From contig JAGFMF010011926.1 of NCBI GenBank assembly GCA_019455555.1, forward strand, positions 968,990 to 1,032,989: a DNA stretch of 64,000 bases, in the 5' to 3' direction. Below the pieces are notes generated by a model. It had not been told where the DNA came from and did not search any database. It saw only the letters and a list, made by a program, of their open reading frames with translations. Shown one piece after another: positions 25,672-37,710 of the stretch. This DNA comes from Galemys pyrenaicus (Eukaryota). The first letter of the stretch is position 1. Each line of letters begins with the position of its first letter. Both the position numbers and the translations under genes were made by a program.

Positions 25672-25881
25672 GTATTATTTCAGTTATTCCAACCCATTTG
25701 TCGCTCATGTCTGGGAGCAGCTAAGAAGCAGTGCTGGTATTTTTCAGCCTCTTTCCTACCAGTTTTGGGATATGGGGTGGGCAGTAGTCAAATACTTGAC
25801 ATCCCTGAGAGTGGGACTTGGGACAGGTCTTGACTGGGAGACAAGATGAAGGAATAGAAGCTGTTACCTATTGCCATACAG

Positions 25882-26035
25882 AACTGCCGTTTCCTTCCAA
25901 CACAATGCTGATGCGGGAGATAATTAAAGACCCAAGAGGTCAGTTCCCAACACGTAAACAACTGCGGACAGCAATGAAGGTGCCTGTGTTGTTTGAGAAG
26001 CTCAAACAGAAGAAACTGAAACTAGAGAAGGCCAG
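25882..26035 (+). CDS. TEP1: TEP1 exon 11
   Basis: (E)LPFPSNTMLMREIIKDPRGQFPTRKQLRTAMKVPVLFEKLKQKKLKLEKA(R); donor AG|GTGTGT runs into a (GT)n microsatellite. Confidence 0.75.
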
Positions 26036-26056
26036 GTGTGTGTGTGTGTGTGTATT
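26033..26056. repeat. (GT)n microsatellite immediately 3-prime of the TEP1 exon 11 donor
   Basis: gtgtgtgtgtgtgtgtgtgt. Confidence 0.9.
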
Positions 26057-26169
26057 ATCTGGGAGCAAATGGTGGGCAACAGGAGGCACCTTGAGAGGGT
26101 TTGGGAGTCACCTGGAAACCCCACCTTTTCTTCTGCAAAGATATGCTTATTAGCCATACTAATGGCCTA

Positions 26170-26440
26170 ACTTTTTTTTTAAGATTTATTTATTTATGCA
26201 TGCAAGAGGTGGGGTATAGGCCAGAGTTGTGGGAGGTGAGAAGATTCACCAGAGATAGAGTGGGGAACAGAATAGGCAGATTGAAATATACTGCTGAGGG
26301 GAGCAGCAGGCGAGGCAGGAGAGGTCTGCTGCACCATGTGGGTTCCTTCCCTGGCTGGGGATCGAACTTGTGCTGCAGTGGCTGCGAAGCCCCACAGTGC
26401 GGCACCCAATCCACTGCACCACCAGGAAGGCCCTGTACCA
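26170..26440 (-). mobile_element. tRNA-derived SINE copy (antisense) in TEP1 intron 11
   Basis: Same family consensus. Confidence 0.8.
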
Positions 26441-26805
26441 CGTCTTCATTGGCTCTAGGTCCCAAAAATACCCTGGATCTCTGGGTATCCAAAAGTCACC
26501 ATGTCCCCAATACTAGAGACTTAGACTGGCATTTCCAGAACCAAAGCAAAGAGTTTTCAAAAATATAAAGTGGGAGAAGTGGGCAGGGTCATTTGTTCAG
26601 TTCAAGGAAAGATTTCCTCTCCCCTGGAAAACTGTTTGCAACTTAATAGGATTTCCAGTTTGGTGTCTGAAGGATGTGGTTAGTCTCTCTGAAAGAGGAG
26701 CTCTAGATATGGGGACCCCAAGTACCTCTGTTTTAATTGAGACCCTAGAATGGAAATCATATGATGAGCATTTGGGATGAGGGTGGATTCTTCCCGCTAC
26801 ACTTG

Positions 26806-26872
26806 TCCGTGCACATACACGTGAGCACACACACACGCACACGCACACGCACAAGCACACGCACCGCTCCTT
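26806..26872. repeat. Imperfect (CA/CG)n repeat cacacacgcacacgcacacgcacaagcacacgca
   Basis: Read directly. Confidence 0.8.
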
Positions 26873-27581
26873 TCCTTTTATGAGTAGACTACACTGTTGC
26901 AAGCTGTCCCTCCCTTCTCTGTTGGCGCCACCCCTGCTATGCTCCCGCGCACGCCTGGGCTCCCTCCACTGGCTGCCCTAAGGCTTGCTGGGCCACCTTG
27001 CTGCTGACATCGGGCTCCGTGCCAGGCCTCTCTGCATCTACAAGGCACAGGCTCCCTCACCCAACCACCTCCGGGCCCACACTGCCGGGTTTCCAGTTCT
27101 CGGTCAGAGCCATTTCCCCTCCCCAGGGGCCTCCGGCCTGGTGGCCGCCTCACTCGTTTGTCTCCATGATCCTGCCAATGCCCTCTCGATGAGTCTGCCC
27201 TTCTCCGCTTTGATCTGCTCTGCTGAGCTGAACTCCCGCCGCCGGGTCAGGTTGGCAAGGCTAGAGCTTTGTTTGCTCCGCTCTTTTATGTCCTGGGCCT
27301 GGAGTCCCCAGTCAAAGGCAGCTGAGCACGAGGGCAGACCCCATCTCCATGGCCCCACAAATGCCTCTCATTTTAGGTTTGTCTATGCTCTCATAGTGCT
27401 ATTCATTCTTTCCTGCATGAAAATGGACTTGAAGAACCCTGTGGGAGGGGCAAAGGAAAAGGAAGTTGGCTGTGGAAGGGGGGGAGACTCAATACTTAAG
27501 TGACAAATTTTCACCTGTTTTTTGATTTTTGCCACAAAATTGCAAATAGGCCCTGAGCTCCCTTGTCTTTCCTGCCTGCAG

Positions 27582-27750
27582 ACAGTGGACCTATGATCAG
27601 GAGATGGTGGCTCAGTATCGACAGGCCCTGGAGACGGCTATGAACATCTCTGTGAAGCACAACCTGCCCCCACTGCCAGGCCGCACCATTTTGGTGTATA
27701 TGGCAGATACCGGAGCAGAGAAGCTCTGGCCCAAGAGCAACCCAGAAGGG
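27582..27750 (+). CDS. TEP1: TEP1 exon 12
   Basis: (R)QWTYDQEMVAQYRQALETAMNISVKHNLPPLPGRTILVYMADTGAEKLWPKSNPEG; donor GGG|GTAAAA. Confidence 0.8.
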
Positions 27751-28230
27751 GTAAAAAAGATAAAAGGGTGTGGGGGTAAGGGGTGGGGGGTTGTAGGATG
27801 CTGAGATCCTGAGAAAGTTTCTTATCTCTGACCTGGTTCTACCATAAAAGCACTCAGTGCTAAAGCCAATGACATCTATTTGCTTCCCACTTGGCTCCCA
27901 GGGACATTGCTTGGAATGTGCTTTTAGCCTGTTTGTGCAATGTGACATCCGCATTTCACATGTGGCTGGTGTTTTATCCTCTCAAAATTTCTGTCACCAG
28001 AATATGTCTCACTTGCCTCTCTCTATCCCAGTGTTGAATTTGGGTGGGGAATCCCAGCCTCATTGTCCTCCCTCTCCAGTAAGCTCTTCCTGAGAACTGC
28101 TGAGAGTGTCCCCTCTTAACTGGGGATATTTTCCCCTTTCCCTCCAAGCGGTGAGGGTGTTTGGCCTGGACAGGTAAGAGTGGACTCCCAAATAGGGAGC
28201 CTTGTTTCACCCTGACGCCTGTCCACTCAG

Positions 28231-28389
28231 CCACCACTGAACTATGTGCTGCTGTTGCTTGGAATGATGATGGCGCGGGCAGAACACGCAGATCTCCTGC
28301 TGTGTGGGAACAGTATGCTGAAGACCGCTGTGCTGAAGGCAGGGGACGGTATCCTGAAGACAGCCGCTGCACTCCAGACTCAAGTCAAG
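28231..28389 (+). CDS. TEP1: TEP1 exon 13
   Basis: PPLNYVLLLLGMMMARAEHADLLLCGNSMLKTAVLKAGDGILKTAAALQTQVK; donor AAG|GTCAGA. Confidence 0.8.
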
Positions 28390-28567
28390 GTCAGACACCC
28401 AGTCCCCCGGGTGGAAGTGTATGAATGGAGGTGGGCCCAGGAACGGTCTGAATAGTCAGGAAGGCTTGGATGTAAAATGTGCTGAAGATTTCCCAAGTAG
28501 CCTGTGGAGTTTGTGGCTTACTCATCATCTCCCATGCAACCACCTAGTGTGAACCTCTTTCCTTCAG

Positions 28568-28645
28568 GAGCTTGAGAACTTGGATAATTGGTCCATTTGT
28601 GCTTTGGGAAAGCACCTGCTGTCTCTGGCATCCCAAAGAGTGTCT
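28568..28645 (+). CDS. TEP1: TEP1 exon 14
   Basis: ELENLDNWSICALGKHLLSLASQRVS; donor TCT|GTGAGT. Confidence 0.8.
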
Positions 28646-29365
28646 GTGAGTACTGCCCAGTCCCTGAAAAACTCTTCCCTCCCTCACATTATCCTCTGCA
28701 ACTGGTGCATCTCATTTTCAAAGTTAACCTTCCAAGCTGTGTACAGTACCCAGGTTAGCACCCTGCAGGGTTGCAGACCCCCAGTCCAGTGGGGAACTGG
28801 CAAATATTTAAAAGCAGCTCTCTAGAAAATTTAGTTTTGGTCAGTAGCATTTGCTAGTTTCCATGGTGTAAGTTCTCCTACCATGAGTGATTTCAAGCTA
28901 CCAGAATGATGTTGGGAAGCAGAGTTAGAAAGACACTCTCAGTAGCATGATATGTAGTATTTCCACCATGCAGATAAAGTAGATGCAAATATGATCACAA
29001 GTGGATAATGACAAAAGATAGTAGAACAATTCAAAAATGGTGAGTTTCATGTGTTTATTACCTTTATGTTTAATATAAATTGTTTCATCGTAAATTTATA
29101 CAATTTACTGTTTAATAGTGGCTATGATTAACAACTGGCTCACCAAATTCCTCTAGATTTAACAGCCAGCTACAGCAAGCCCCTACTCTGTCTGTTTTCT
29201 ATCTTGACACCCCTCTAAGTCAGGATGTGGTGGCAACCAAATCCCAAGTTTTCTATCCTCCTTGGAATTCTCCTAACTCCCCATCCTGACAGAGCTCCTC
29301 TCTCAGCATCCTGAGTTCTTTAGCATCTCTTTTGTCCCTCTGTTCCCTCCCCTTTCATCTTACAG

Positions 29366-29493
29366 GTGGACAGAGTCATCCTATTTGGTGCAGAATTGTC
29401 TGAGAACCTGACAAATGTGGCCAAAGACCTTTTCTGGAAGCATGTGAATTCCAAGTGCCTCTTTGTTAGTGTTCTTCTGAGGACAGAATACTT
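29366..29493 (+). CDS. TEP1: TEP1 exon 15
   Basis: VDRVILFGAELSENLTNVAKDLFWKHVNSKCLFVSVLLRTEY(F); donor TT|GTAAGG. Confidence 0.8.
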
Positions 29494-29805
29494 GTAAGGA
29501 TTCTTATGCTCCTTGTCAGTGCCAGAAGACAGTGCTCCTTATCTCCTCTCTGCCTTACCTGAGCTCGGGACAGTCCCATTTACTGGGTATCTCCCCATTT
29601 CTGCTTCTTACTGCTGTTGCATTTTTCAAGGGCTGTAATCGTCTAGCTCTCTGCCCCATTGTAAGAGCTCACCCTGCCCTCAACCCAGCAATAATCTTAT
29701 TAAAAGCTGTACAGGTGGGGTGTCCATCCTAGGGTGTTGGGGGGCAGTGACTCTGTGTTGCCAATGTTGTTTCTAATGTTTTGTGACTGTTTCTTTTTTT
29801 GCCAG

Positions 29806-29865
29806 TTCACCACTTTTAAACCCTAATGATGTGATACTCACAGGCTGTTCAGATGGGATACTGAA
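29806..29865 (+). CDS. TEP1: TEP1 exon 16
   Basis: SPLLNPNDVILTGCSDGIL(K); tttgccag|TTC acceptor, AA|GTGAGT donor. Confidence 0.75.
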
Positions 29866-30751
29866 GTGAGTACACAGTGAATTCTGAAGGGATTGGAAGC
29901 TTTGTTAGAATATCTTTTAGAGATTATCTGTACCCTCTATTCCATTTACATCCTTTTTAAAGCAAGGAAGGAGTTTATTCCTCTTTAACAACTATCTAGG
30001 CCTAGGAGCAACACAGTGCTACAGGAACTCAGGCACCTTTTTTATTACTCTACCATCTGAGGATGCCCTGTTTCTACCTCATGGTTCATAGTCGCTGCTC
30101 CAGCTCCAGCCACCATATTTGTATTATATCTAGTAGGGGAAATGAGAAAAGAGGACATGGAAGATTGCTTTTAAGTGAACAACTCAATAGTCATCGCATC
30201 AATTCTATTCATTGCCTGTGGCCTCTGTTCCATTTTTGAGCCAAAAGAAATCCCATGCTAAATATACTTATCTATGGAAAATTTACAGAAATCTTTTTCC
30301 ATCTTAACTTTAGCCTTCTCATTTACTTGTTTTCTCCCCCTACCTTTTCCTTTGTATGCCACCCATTGCCCCAACGCCTAACTAGGAGGCCTCATGTACA
30401 TTCCTCCCTTTCCAGGGAGCTTTCACAGCTGGTGCAGAGCTGAACAAGCCCAGACAGGGATGGCCTTAACCTTTACCTCTTTGCTCAGCTCACTTGTGTC
30501 TATCTCAACAGAAAACCTAGAAAACTGCAAAAGTGGAGAGGCTGGAGCTGGGTTCTCTTTTTTCTATTAAATGAGGTTCTGCAGCCTCATTTATTTTAAG
30601 TCTACATTAAGTGCTTATGACCATCTTCTAAAGGAGTGCCAGCTAACTTCACGATCTAACCCTATCATTTCCTTGTCCCCTGCCCTCTTACAACACTTTT
30701 CTGATGTGACTGGTATTCTGCTCTTGCTTATTTTGTCACTTTTTACCCCAG

Positions 30752-30910
30752 GTTCATTGCAGAGCGGGGGGCCTCCCGTCTTCTAGAACACGTGGGCCAA
30801 ATGGACAAAATATTTAAGATTCCACCACCCCCAGGACAGACAGAAGTCCAGTCTGTCCGGCCACTGGAAGAGAATGTGTCAAGCCCCTTGGCTCCTGTTT
30901 CCCAGCCGGG
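30752..30910 (+). CDS. TEP1: TEP1 exon 17
   Basis: FIAERGASRLLEHVGQMDKIFKIPPPPGQTEVQSVRPLEENVSSPLAPVSQP(G); donor GG|GTCAGT. Confidence 0.75.
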
Positions 30911-31540
30911 GTCAGTTTATGTCTGTGCCTTTGGGAACTGGGAAGGTCTAACATCGAGACCCAGAGACTGAAATTCTGCCTGTTGAACTGCTGCTTGTTT
31001 ATTTGCTGAGCTATAAATCCTCTTTCCCAGGCAGAGGTTTTTGTAACACAGGAAACTGTCAGGTTGTGGACATGCCCCTTTCTGGCCTGCAGAACGTGAG
31101 GCGGGCAGCAGGCAAACAGACCAGGCGGGGGGCTTAGGAGTGCAGGCCCCGGCTTCTTCATCCCCTGAGAGCATGGCTCTGTTTCATAGTAATTTGACGC
31201 TCGACTAGCTGCTCCATTCCTTACGACTGTAGTTTCTGGATCAGTAAAATGGCGATAATGGCCGTATTTACCTCACAAGGGTTGTCACGAGCAACTCTTG
31301 GGCAAGTGGTAAGAACCTAATGTAATCCTCTGAAAAAGGAGGGGTTCACAAGAAATGGCAGGTGGGGCTTAACTGGCAGGGTTCTGCACTTGAGGCTGTG
31401 AGCAGGGTATTCTCTGGGGCCTACTGGACACCCCTCTTCCCTCTGGTGTCCCTGGCTCATGCTCAGCACTGAAGGGTATGCAGCGCCTGAGGAATGGTTG
31501 TGAAGCCCTGGACCTAGCCTAGCCCTTTGCTTCCCCACAG

Positions 31541-31717
31541 CTGGCTCAGCGTCCGGATTTTCATTTCTTCCACTTTCCGGGACATGCATGGAGAGCGGGA
31601 CCTGATCCTTAGGTCTGTCCTGCCAGCACTGCAGGCCCGCGCGGCCCCTCACCGCATCCGCCTCCACGCCATCGACCTGCGCTGGGGTGTCACTGAGGAG
31701 GAGACCCGAAGGAACAG
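31541..31717 (+). CDS. TEP1: TEP1 exon 18
   Basis: [58 protein letters not shown](R); donor AG|GTGCAG. Confidence 0.85.
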
Positions 31718-31936
31718 GTGCAGGGTCACAGAGAAGAGGGGTGGGTCAGAGATCAGGGACTTAATGGGGAGCAGGGTGGGCTGGGCTGGAACCACAAGAG
31801 GACAGAGACCCCAGGATAGGGGAATTCTCTTTGGTTGCAAACAAGAGCACCGAACCTCCGCTGCTCTGTGTGAGCCATGACCCAGCTCCTGTTTGTGCCT
31901 GAGCCCCTGACACCATGCCTGTCACCATGCTTGCAG

Positions 31937-32057
31937 ACAACTGGAGATGTGCCTTGGGGAGGTGGAGGACTCGCAGCTGTTTGTGGGGATGCTGGGTTCC
32001 CGCTATGGCTACGTGCCCCCCAGCTACAATCTCCCCGACCATCCTCACTTCCGCTGG
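31937..32057 (+). CDS. TEP1: TEP1 exon 19
   Basis: (R)[40 protein letters not shown]; donor TGG|GTAAGG. Confidence 0.85.
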
Positions 32058-32586
32058 GTAAGGCTGACGAGGTTGGTGCAGGGTATGGGGAGCAAACAAA
32101 GGTGAGGGTGGGGATAGGGGGAGAAATCAGGGTCTGTCAGGAACCCAGAGACTGTGAAATGTGAATTGAAACACAGGCAGAAACTTCTGTGTGTGGGCAA
32201 GTTCTAGGTGAGGACGTTCCTTTGAAAAATACTTCCAGATTGACCGAAGGCTATGAGAGGTAAGGAGAGGCAGTCTGTTTAGGTTTTACCTTCAGTCAGA
32301 TCTGTGTTCTGTGTTCCTTCTGTCAGTGTGCAGCTTTGTGGGGAATAACAAAGTTGTTCTCCTAGCTTCAGTTTCCCCATATATTAAAGAGAAACATGAC
32401 ATCTACATTACAGAGTTATGGGAATTAGAAATCTATTTTTAAAATAACAGGCATTCAGTAGACATTAGCTCTTGGCTATCATTTATTGGATTGTATCTGG
32501 AGGTGGCGTCCTGGGGCCCTGGCAGATCTTGGGGAAGGGCTAGTGTAACCTGAACTGAACACCCTGTTCTCTGCCCCTCCCTGCAG

Positions 32587-32705
32587 GCTCAGCAGTACCC
32601 GCCGGGTCGCTCTGTGACAGAGATGGAGGTGATGCAGTTCTTGAATCGGGGCCTGCAGCCCTCTGCCCAAGCCCTCATCTACTTCCGGGATTCCAGCTTC
32701 CTCAG
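32587..32705 (+). CDS. TEP1: TEP1 exon 20
   Basis: [39 protein letters not shown](S); donor AG|GTACCT. Confidence 0.85.
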
Positions 32706-32977
32706 GTACCTCTGGGCCTTGGTCTCTGTGGAAGGTCTCCAGACAGGCAAAGCTGCCATGTCCTCTCACCCCAACATCCAGAGAGTAGGAGGGAGCTGAA
32801 AGAGAGAGACGGGGCTCAGAGCAGCTTTGCGGCACTAGGTCAGCATTGCAACTCAGGTCAGGAAGTGCCATTTGAGGGGTCAGGGAATCACAGCCAGGTT
32901 TGTTAGTGGGGGTGGGGTGGGGGTGGGAAGAGGCTGGGTCTGAATCCACCCCCACATGGGGTATCTTTGGTGGTCAG

Positions 32978-33091
32978 CTCTGTGCCAGATGCCTGGAAAT
33001 CTAACTTTACTACTGAGTCTGAAGAGGCTGCACATCGGATCTCAGAACTGAAGAGCTACCTGAGCAGACAGAAAGGGGTCACCTGCCGCAG
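32978..33091 (+). CDS. TEP1: TEP1 exon 21
   Basis: (S)[37 protein letters not shown](R); donor AG|GTGTGT. Confidence 0.8.
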
Positions 33092-33183
33092 GTGTGTATG
33101 TGTGTTAGAGAGTTCCTGCCCGGAAATGTGGGGGAGTGGGTTCAGGCCTACCCTGACTCTGCTTGTGCTCTCCTTACCCACAG

Positions 33184-33301
33184 ATACTCCTGTGAATGGG
33201 GGGGTGTGGCAGCCGACCGGCCCTATGTTGGGGGGCTGGAGGCATTTGGGCAGTTGATTCTGCAGGATGTGTGGGACCTGATTCAGAAGCTTTACCTACA
33301 G
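33184..33301 (+). CDS. TEP1: TEP1 exon 22
   Basis: (R)[39 protein letters not shown]; donor CAG|GTCAGT. Confidence 0.8.
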
Positions 33302-33453
33302 GTCAGTAGGAGGACTTGTGGCTGGGGGCGAGGAGAGAGGGTAGGGTGGTCTGGGTAGTCCTGGCTGGAAAGTAACTTGATTGGGGCTGTGTGAGTTTTA
33401 GATCTGGGGTCCCTGAGAGCAGGAAACATAGTCACTGTCCCCTGTGCCCTTAG

Positions 33454-33648
33454 CCCGGGGCCCAGCAGGAGCAGCCACTGTCCATCCCAGATGACGATTT
33501 GGTTCAGGCCACCTTTCGGCAACTGCAGAACCCACCAAATCCTGCCCGGCCGCGCCTTCTCCACAACATCTTGCAGCAGCTGAAGCAGCACCAGGGCAGC
33601 CTAAACCTGGTGACAGGCCAGTCAGGACAGGGCAAGACAGCCTTCTTG
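33454..33648 (+). CDS. TEP1: TEP1 exon 23 (NACHT P-loop / Walker A GQSGQGKT)
   Basis: PGAQQEQPLSIPDDDLVQATFRQLQNPPNPARPRLLHNILQQLKQHQGSLNLVTGQSGQGKTAFL; donor TTG|GTATGG. Confidence 0.85.
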
Positions 33649-33777
33649 GTATGGAGTCTCAGAGGCCTGGGCAGGAGGGAGGAAGGCTTGTGTTGGCTCA
33701 GGAGGGCCCAGGAAGTGGGGACAGGGAATGTGTGCCTGTGCAATGTGACCGTGTTTGTCTCTTCCCTTTGCATGCAG

Positions 33778-33953
33778 GCATCCCTGGTGTCAGCCCTGCA
33801 GGCTCCTGAGGGGACCAAGGCGGCCCCCTTTGTTTTCTTCCACTTTGCAGGGGCCCGCCCTGACCAGGGTCTTGCCCTCACCCTGCTCAGACGCCTCTGT
33901 GCCTATCTGCACAGCCAGTTGCAACAGCCCACTGCTCTCCCAAACACCTACCG
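33778..33953 (+). CDS. TEP1: TEP1 exon 24 (NACHT)
   Basis: ASLVSALQAPEGTKAAPFVFFHFAGARPDQGLALTLLRRLCAYLHSQLQQPTALPNTY(R); donor CG|GTGTGT. Confidence 0.85.
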
Positions 33954-34039
33954 GTGTGTATCCCCCATTAGCCTAGCATGGGTGACGCCACCCTGCATCT
34001 CCCTCTCCTGCTGATCCTGGTCCTTCCTTGAACACACAG

Positions 34040-34196
34040 GGGCCTGGTGTGGGAGCTGCAGCAGAGGCTTCTCCCTGGGTTTGCCCGGTCCCTAAAATCT
34101 GGCCAGACCCTGGTATTGATTGTTGATGGAGCCGACAAGTTGGTGAACCAGCATGGGCAGCTGATCTCAGACTGGATCCCAAAGACCTTTTCCCGG
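34040..34196 (+). CDS. TEP1: TEP1 exon 25 (NACHT, Walker B-like LVLIVDGAD)
   Basis: (R)GLVWELQQRLLPGFARSLKSGQTLVLIVDGADKLVNQHGQLISDWIPKTFSR; donor CGG|GTAAGT. Confidence 0.85.
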
Positions 34197-34294
34197 GTAA
34201 GTGTGAGAAGAAGGTGGGGCGGGGTGTAGTAGGTGGGAAAGGGCCTTTCCAGCTTGGTTCTTCTTCTTTTCCTTTTACCTCTGTTTGCCCAAAG

Positions 34295-34474
34295 GGGGTG
34301 CACCTGGTGCTGAGTGTGTCTAGTGACACAAGCCTGGGGGAGACCCTTGAGCAGAGCCGAGGTGCACATGCAGTGGCCCTGGGGCCCCTGGAGCCGTCTG
34401 CTCGGGCCCAGCTGGTGAGACGGGAGCTGGCTCTGTATGGGAAGCGACTGGACGAATCACCTTTTAACAACCAG
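34295..34474 (+). CDS. TEP1: TEP1 exon 26
   Basis: GVHLVLSVSSDTSLGETLEQSRGAHAVALGPLEPSARAQLVRRELALYGKRLDESPFNNQ; donor CAG|GTAGGA. Confidence 0.85.
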
Positions 34475-34931
34475 GTAGGATTCAGGTGTGGCCTGCTGGG
34501 TGAGTGGGGTGAATCTGGGAGCTGTTGAGCACCCAGAGAGCTGAGGCTACCAGCTGCCACACACAGACCTGCTCCTTCCTTTTCTCAGGAACTCTGTGTG
34601 AGGGAAGTTGTTAATAAGGTTGCTTTAATTTGTATATCATCAGCCCACCTTCCCACGCTGGTCTCTCCAGGGAGAGCAATGGCTGCTGTTAACAGTGGGG
34701 ACCGCTACCCCAGGGAGAGACTCTCCCTCGCTGGCCCAGGGAGGGGACGGGTGGAGCTGTGTTACTGGGTGGGTAGGCTGAATGTGGAGTGGAGGTGAGA
34801 GGGGCTGTGTTTGGAGGTGATCTGTCTCTTGCTGGGGACTCTGCAAGCAAGAGCTGCCTTTCCTGGTGGGGACTGAGGGCGGCCTGTGGGTTCACTCTGG
34901 TTCCCACACTGAGTCCTCTGAGTGTCACCAG

Positions 34932-35024
34932 ATGCAGCTGCTGCTGGTGAAGCGGGGCTCGGCCCTGCCCCTCTACCTGCGCTTGGTCACTGACCACCTG
35001 AGGCTCTTCACGCTGTATGAGCAG
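34932..35024 (+). CDS. TEP1: TEP1 exon 27
   Basis: MQLLLVKRGSALPLYLRLVTDHLRLFTLYEQ; donor CAG|GTGGGT. Confidence 0.85.
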
Positions 35025-35262
35025 GTGGGTAACTAGTGTCTTATGGCCTAGTCCCATTTCCATGTCTCCATCTGCTTCCTTCATCCCCATTCTTCACCTT
35101 CTCCCATCCTCATCCTTTGCCATCCTGCGGGCATTCATTTCCCCCTTTCCCCTCGCCCCACACTTTCCTCCCCCTGTTCTTATTTCTTTTTTTATCCCAT
35201 GGTGGGTTGTCTTGCTACCCTCTCCCCACAACTGAAGCCTCCCCTCCCTGCCCCTTGCCCAG

Positions 35263-35395
35263 GTATCTGAGAGACTCCGGAGCCTGCCTGCCACCGTGCC
35301 GCTGCTGCTGCAGCACATCCTGGGCACCCTGGAGCAGGAGCACGGCCCCGATGTCCTTCCCCGAGCCTTAGTCACCCTGGAGGTGACACGGAATG
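35263..35395 (+). CDS. TEP1: TEP1 exon 28
   Basis: VSERLRSLPATVPLLLQHILGTLEQEHGPDVLPRALVTLEVTRN(G); donor G|GTCAGT. Confidence 0.8.
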
Positions 35396-35558
35396 GTCAG
35401 TGCTCAGGGGGAGGGTGGCTTGGAGGCTGAGGTCAGGGGGGGATGACCTCGGTTGACCTTGGTTCCGCTGGGGTCGCAGTGAGCAGTGCAAGGAAAGACT
35501 GAGTGTCATGGGGGTGAGGGCACTGTGAGGCTTGGTGAGAGAGAGCATGGGTTTGCAG

Positions 35559-35709
35559 GTCTGACCGTGGATCAGCTCCATGGAGTGCTGAGTGCCTGGC
35601 GGATACTTCCCAGCGGGACCAAGAGCTGGGAAGAAGCAGTAGCTGCTGTGAACAGTGGGGACCCCTACCCCATGGCCCCATTTGCTTACCTTGTTCAGAG
35701 TCTGCGCAG
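35559..35709 (+). CDS. TEP1: TEP1 exon 29
   Basis: (G)LTVDQLHGVLSAWRILPSGTKSWEEAVAAVNSGDPYPMAPFAYLVQSLR(S); donor AG|GTACAG. Confidence 0.8.
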
Positions 35710-35912
35710 GTACAGGTGTCTCCAACTAAGCTCCCACTTACCTCCCTGTGTCTGCCCGGGCCCCACCCTTCCTTCGGTGTAGCCCTGTCACCTGCCTACC
35801 AGACCCTGAAAGGCTGACCCTGCTGTTTCCAGTATTTGAGGTGGGAATGGGAACCCACAGCTTTGCCGGGGTGCTCTCTGATAGGCCACTCTTCTCCTCC
35901 ACACGGGGACAG

Positions 35913-36046
35913 TTTGTTAGGGGAAGGCCCTCTGGAGCGCCCGGGGGCCCGACTCTGCCTGCCTGATGGACCCCTGAGGACAGCAGCTAAACGTCGCTAT
36001 GGGAAGAGGCCAGGGCTGGAGAATATGGCTCACATCCTCCTTGCAG
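35913..36046 (+). CDS. TEP1: TEP1 exon 30
   Basis: (S)LLGEGPLERPGARLCLPDGPLRTAAKRRYGKRPGLENMAHILL(A); donor G|GTGATT. Confidence 0.8.
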
Positions 36047-36240
36047 GTGATTGCAGCCCACAACTAAGTGTGGGGCCTGGGGCTAGAGACCAGGGCCACC
36101 CACTGGTGCCCCACATTGACCGGCCCCTCACCTGCCACCCCAGGGGGTGGATAACTCTGGTGGGAGTCTGAGGAGTATGTTTGGAGATGCAGCTGGGCTG
36201 AGCTGGTCTCCATGTCTTTTCTCATGACCCACACTTGCAG

Positions 36241-36329
36241 CTCAGCTCTGGAAGACATGTGACCCCGATGAGTCAGGCACCTTCCGAAGTTGCCCTCCAG
36301 ATGCCCTGGGAGACTTACCTTACCATCTG
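36241..36329 (+). CDS. TEP1: TEP1 exon 31
   Basis: (A)QLWKTCDPDESGTFRSCPPDALGDLPYHL; donor CTG|GTTAGT. Confidence 0.8.
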
Positions 36330-36610
36330 GTTAGTCCCCCAGATGCCACAGGGACCTCCTCTCAAGCATCTGCTTTGTCTGCTCTGAGGCCCCTCTCCTC
36401 CTTGGCCACCACCATCACCTCTGCCCTCACCCATCCCAAATGCCCTCTACTTTCCTCCTTTCTTGCCCTCTTGCTTCAGGCCTTTGTACCGGCTCCCAGG
36501 CCAGGGTCCTGGTTGCACAGGCAGGGTTGCACAGGCAGGGTTGAATCCTAGACTGCCTGTCCCTCACCAGCCTCCTCACATTCCTGACAAATCCAATCCC
36601 TACTTCGCAG

Positions 36611-36725
36611 CTCCAGAGTGGGAACCGTCACCTTCTGGCAGAGTTCCTCACCAATATCCACGTGGTGTCTGCGCACCTGGAACTGGGCTTGCTCTCTCGG
36701 CTTCTGGAAGCCCATGCTCTGTATG
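36611..36725 (+). CDS. TEP1: TEP1 exon 32
   Basis: LQSGNRHLLAEFLTNIHVVSAHLELGLLSRLLEAHALY(A); donor G|GTAAGA. Confidence 0.85.
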
Positions 36726-37172
36726 GTAAGAAAAGTCACTGGGTGCTGCCTTCTCTGAGACAGGGGGTGCTGGGTGTGTTCTGGAAGGGGCCTATCTGGA
36801 GGGAGTGTAATAGAAAGAAAGGTCATTAAATTTCCATTCCAAGTCAAAAATGTCAAGAGGGGACGTTAGTGATTCCAAAAGGACACCTTTTGCCTCTATC
36901 TCTTAGACTAGCGGTTCTCGAATTGTATTTAGTGGGCATAAAATTACCTGGGAAACTTCTTCAAATCGTAGATCTGTGGGTCCCAAATTCTGGTTCCCTA
37001 GGGTCCGGAGTGAGTCCAAAGCTTTGCCCTTTTAACACATGTTCCTGACACGGGGTCAGAGGGTCATACTCTGAGGCATCATTTGAGACACACCCCATGA
37101 TGTGTTTGGTGCTGGGGTCAGTGGGAGTCTAGATGGCTGGCTCTCCAGTGACACTCTGCCCCTCATCTATAG

Positions 37173-37413
37173 CTTCCTCAGTCCCTGTCGGGGAAGAAAA
37201 GCTTCCAGAAGCTGACATTGCTGCATTCCACACTTTCCTGAAGCAGCAGGCACCAGTCCTCAGCCGGTACCCCCTACTCCTGCTCCAGCAGGCGGCCAAC
37301 CAGCCTCTGGACTCACCTCTTAGCCACCAGGCCCCACAGCTCTCGCGGCGATGGCAGCTCCAGGGCATGCTGCGGTGGCTTAATAAACCCCAGACCATGG
37401 CAGACCAACAAAG
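37173..37413 (+). CDS. TEP1: TEP1 exon 33
   Basis: (A)SSVPVGEEKLPEADIAAFHTFLKQQAPVLSRYPLLLLQQAANQPLDSPLSHQAPQLSRRWQLQGMLRWLNKPQTMADQQ(S); donor AG|GTCAGA. Confidence 0.8.
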
Positions 37414-37586
37414 GTCAGACCCGTGAGCCCACACCCTAGTCAGCTTACTAGAGACCAAACTGCAGCCCTTGCTAACATTAGACCAGAATCCCCAAGGAGA
37501 GGGGGATTTGGGCACAGAAATAAATAATTCTTGCTGCTTCCTTCTCCTCCTTTCTCACTTCCTCCTTCGTTGTGCTCTTTCTCTAG

Positions 37587-37710
37587 CTCCAGCTTATCTC
37601 TGGCAGTTTCCTCCTCCCCAACAGCTGTGGCCTTCTCCCCCAATGGGCAAAGGGCAGCTGTGGGCACTGCCAATGGGACGGTTTATCTGTTGGACCTGAG
37701 AACCTGGCAG
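37587..37710 (+). CDS. TEP1: TEP1 exon 34 (start of the WD40 repeat region)
   Basis: (S)SSLSLAVSSSPTAVAFSPNGQRAAVGTANGTVYLLDLRTWQ; donor CAG|GTAGGA. Confidence 0.85.

Noticed and set aside
33504-35725. Long minus-strand ORFs antisense to TEP1 exons 23-29 (33504-33881, 33973-34560, 34689-35090, 35372-35725)
   Set aside because: They are antisense to strongly supported sense exons and introns. They have no recognisable domains and lie in a GC-rich interval where long spurious ORFs are expected.
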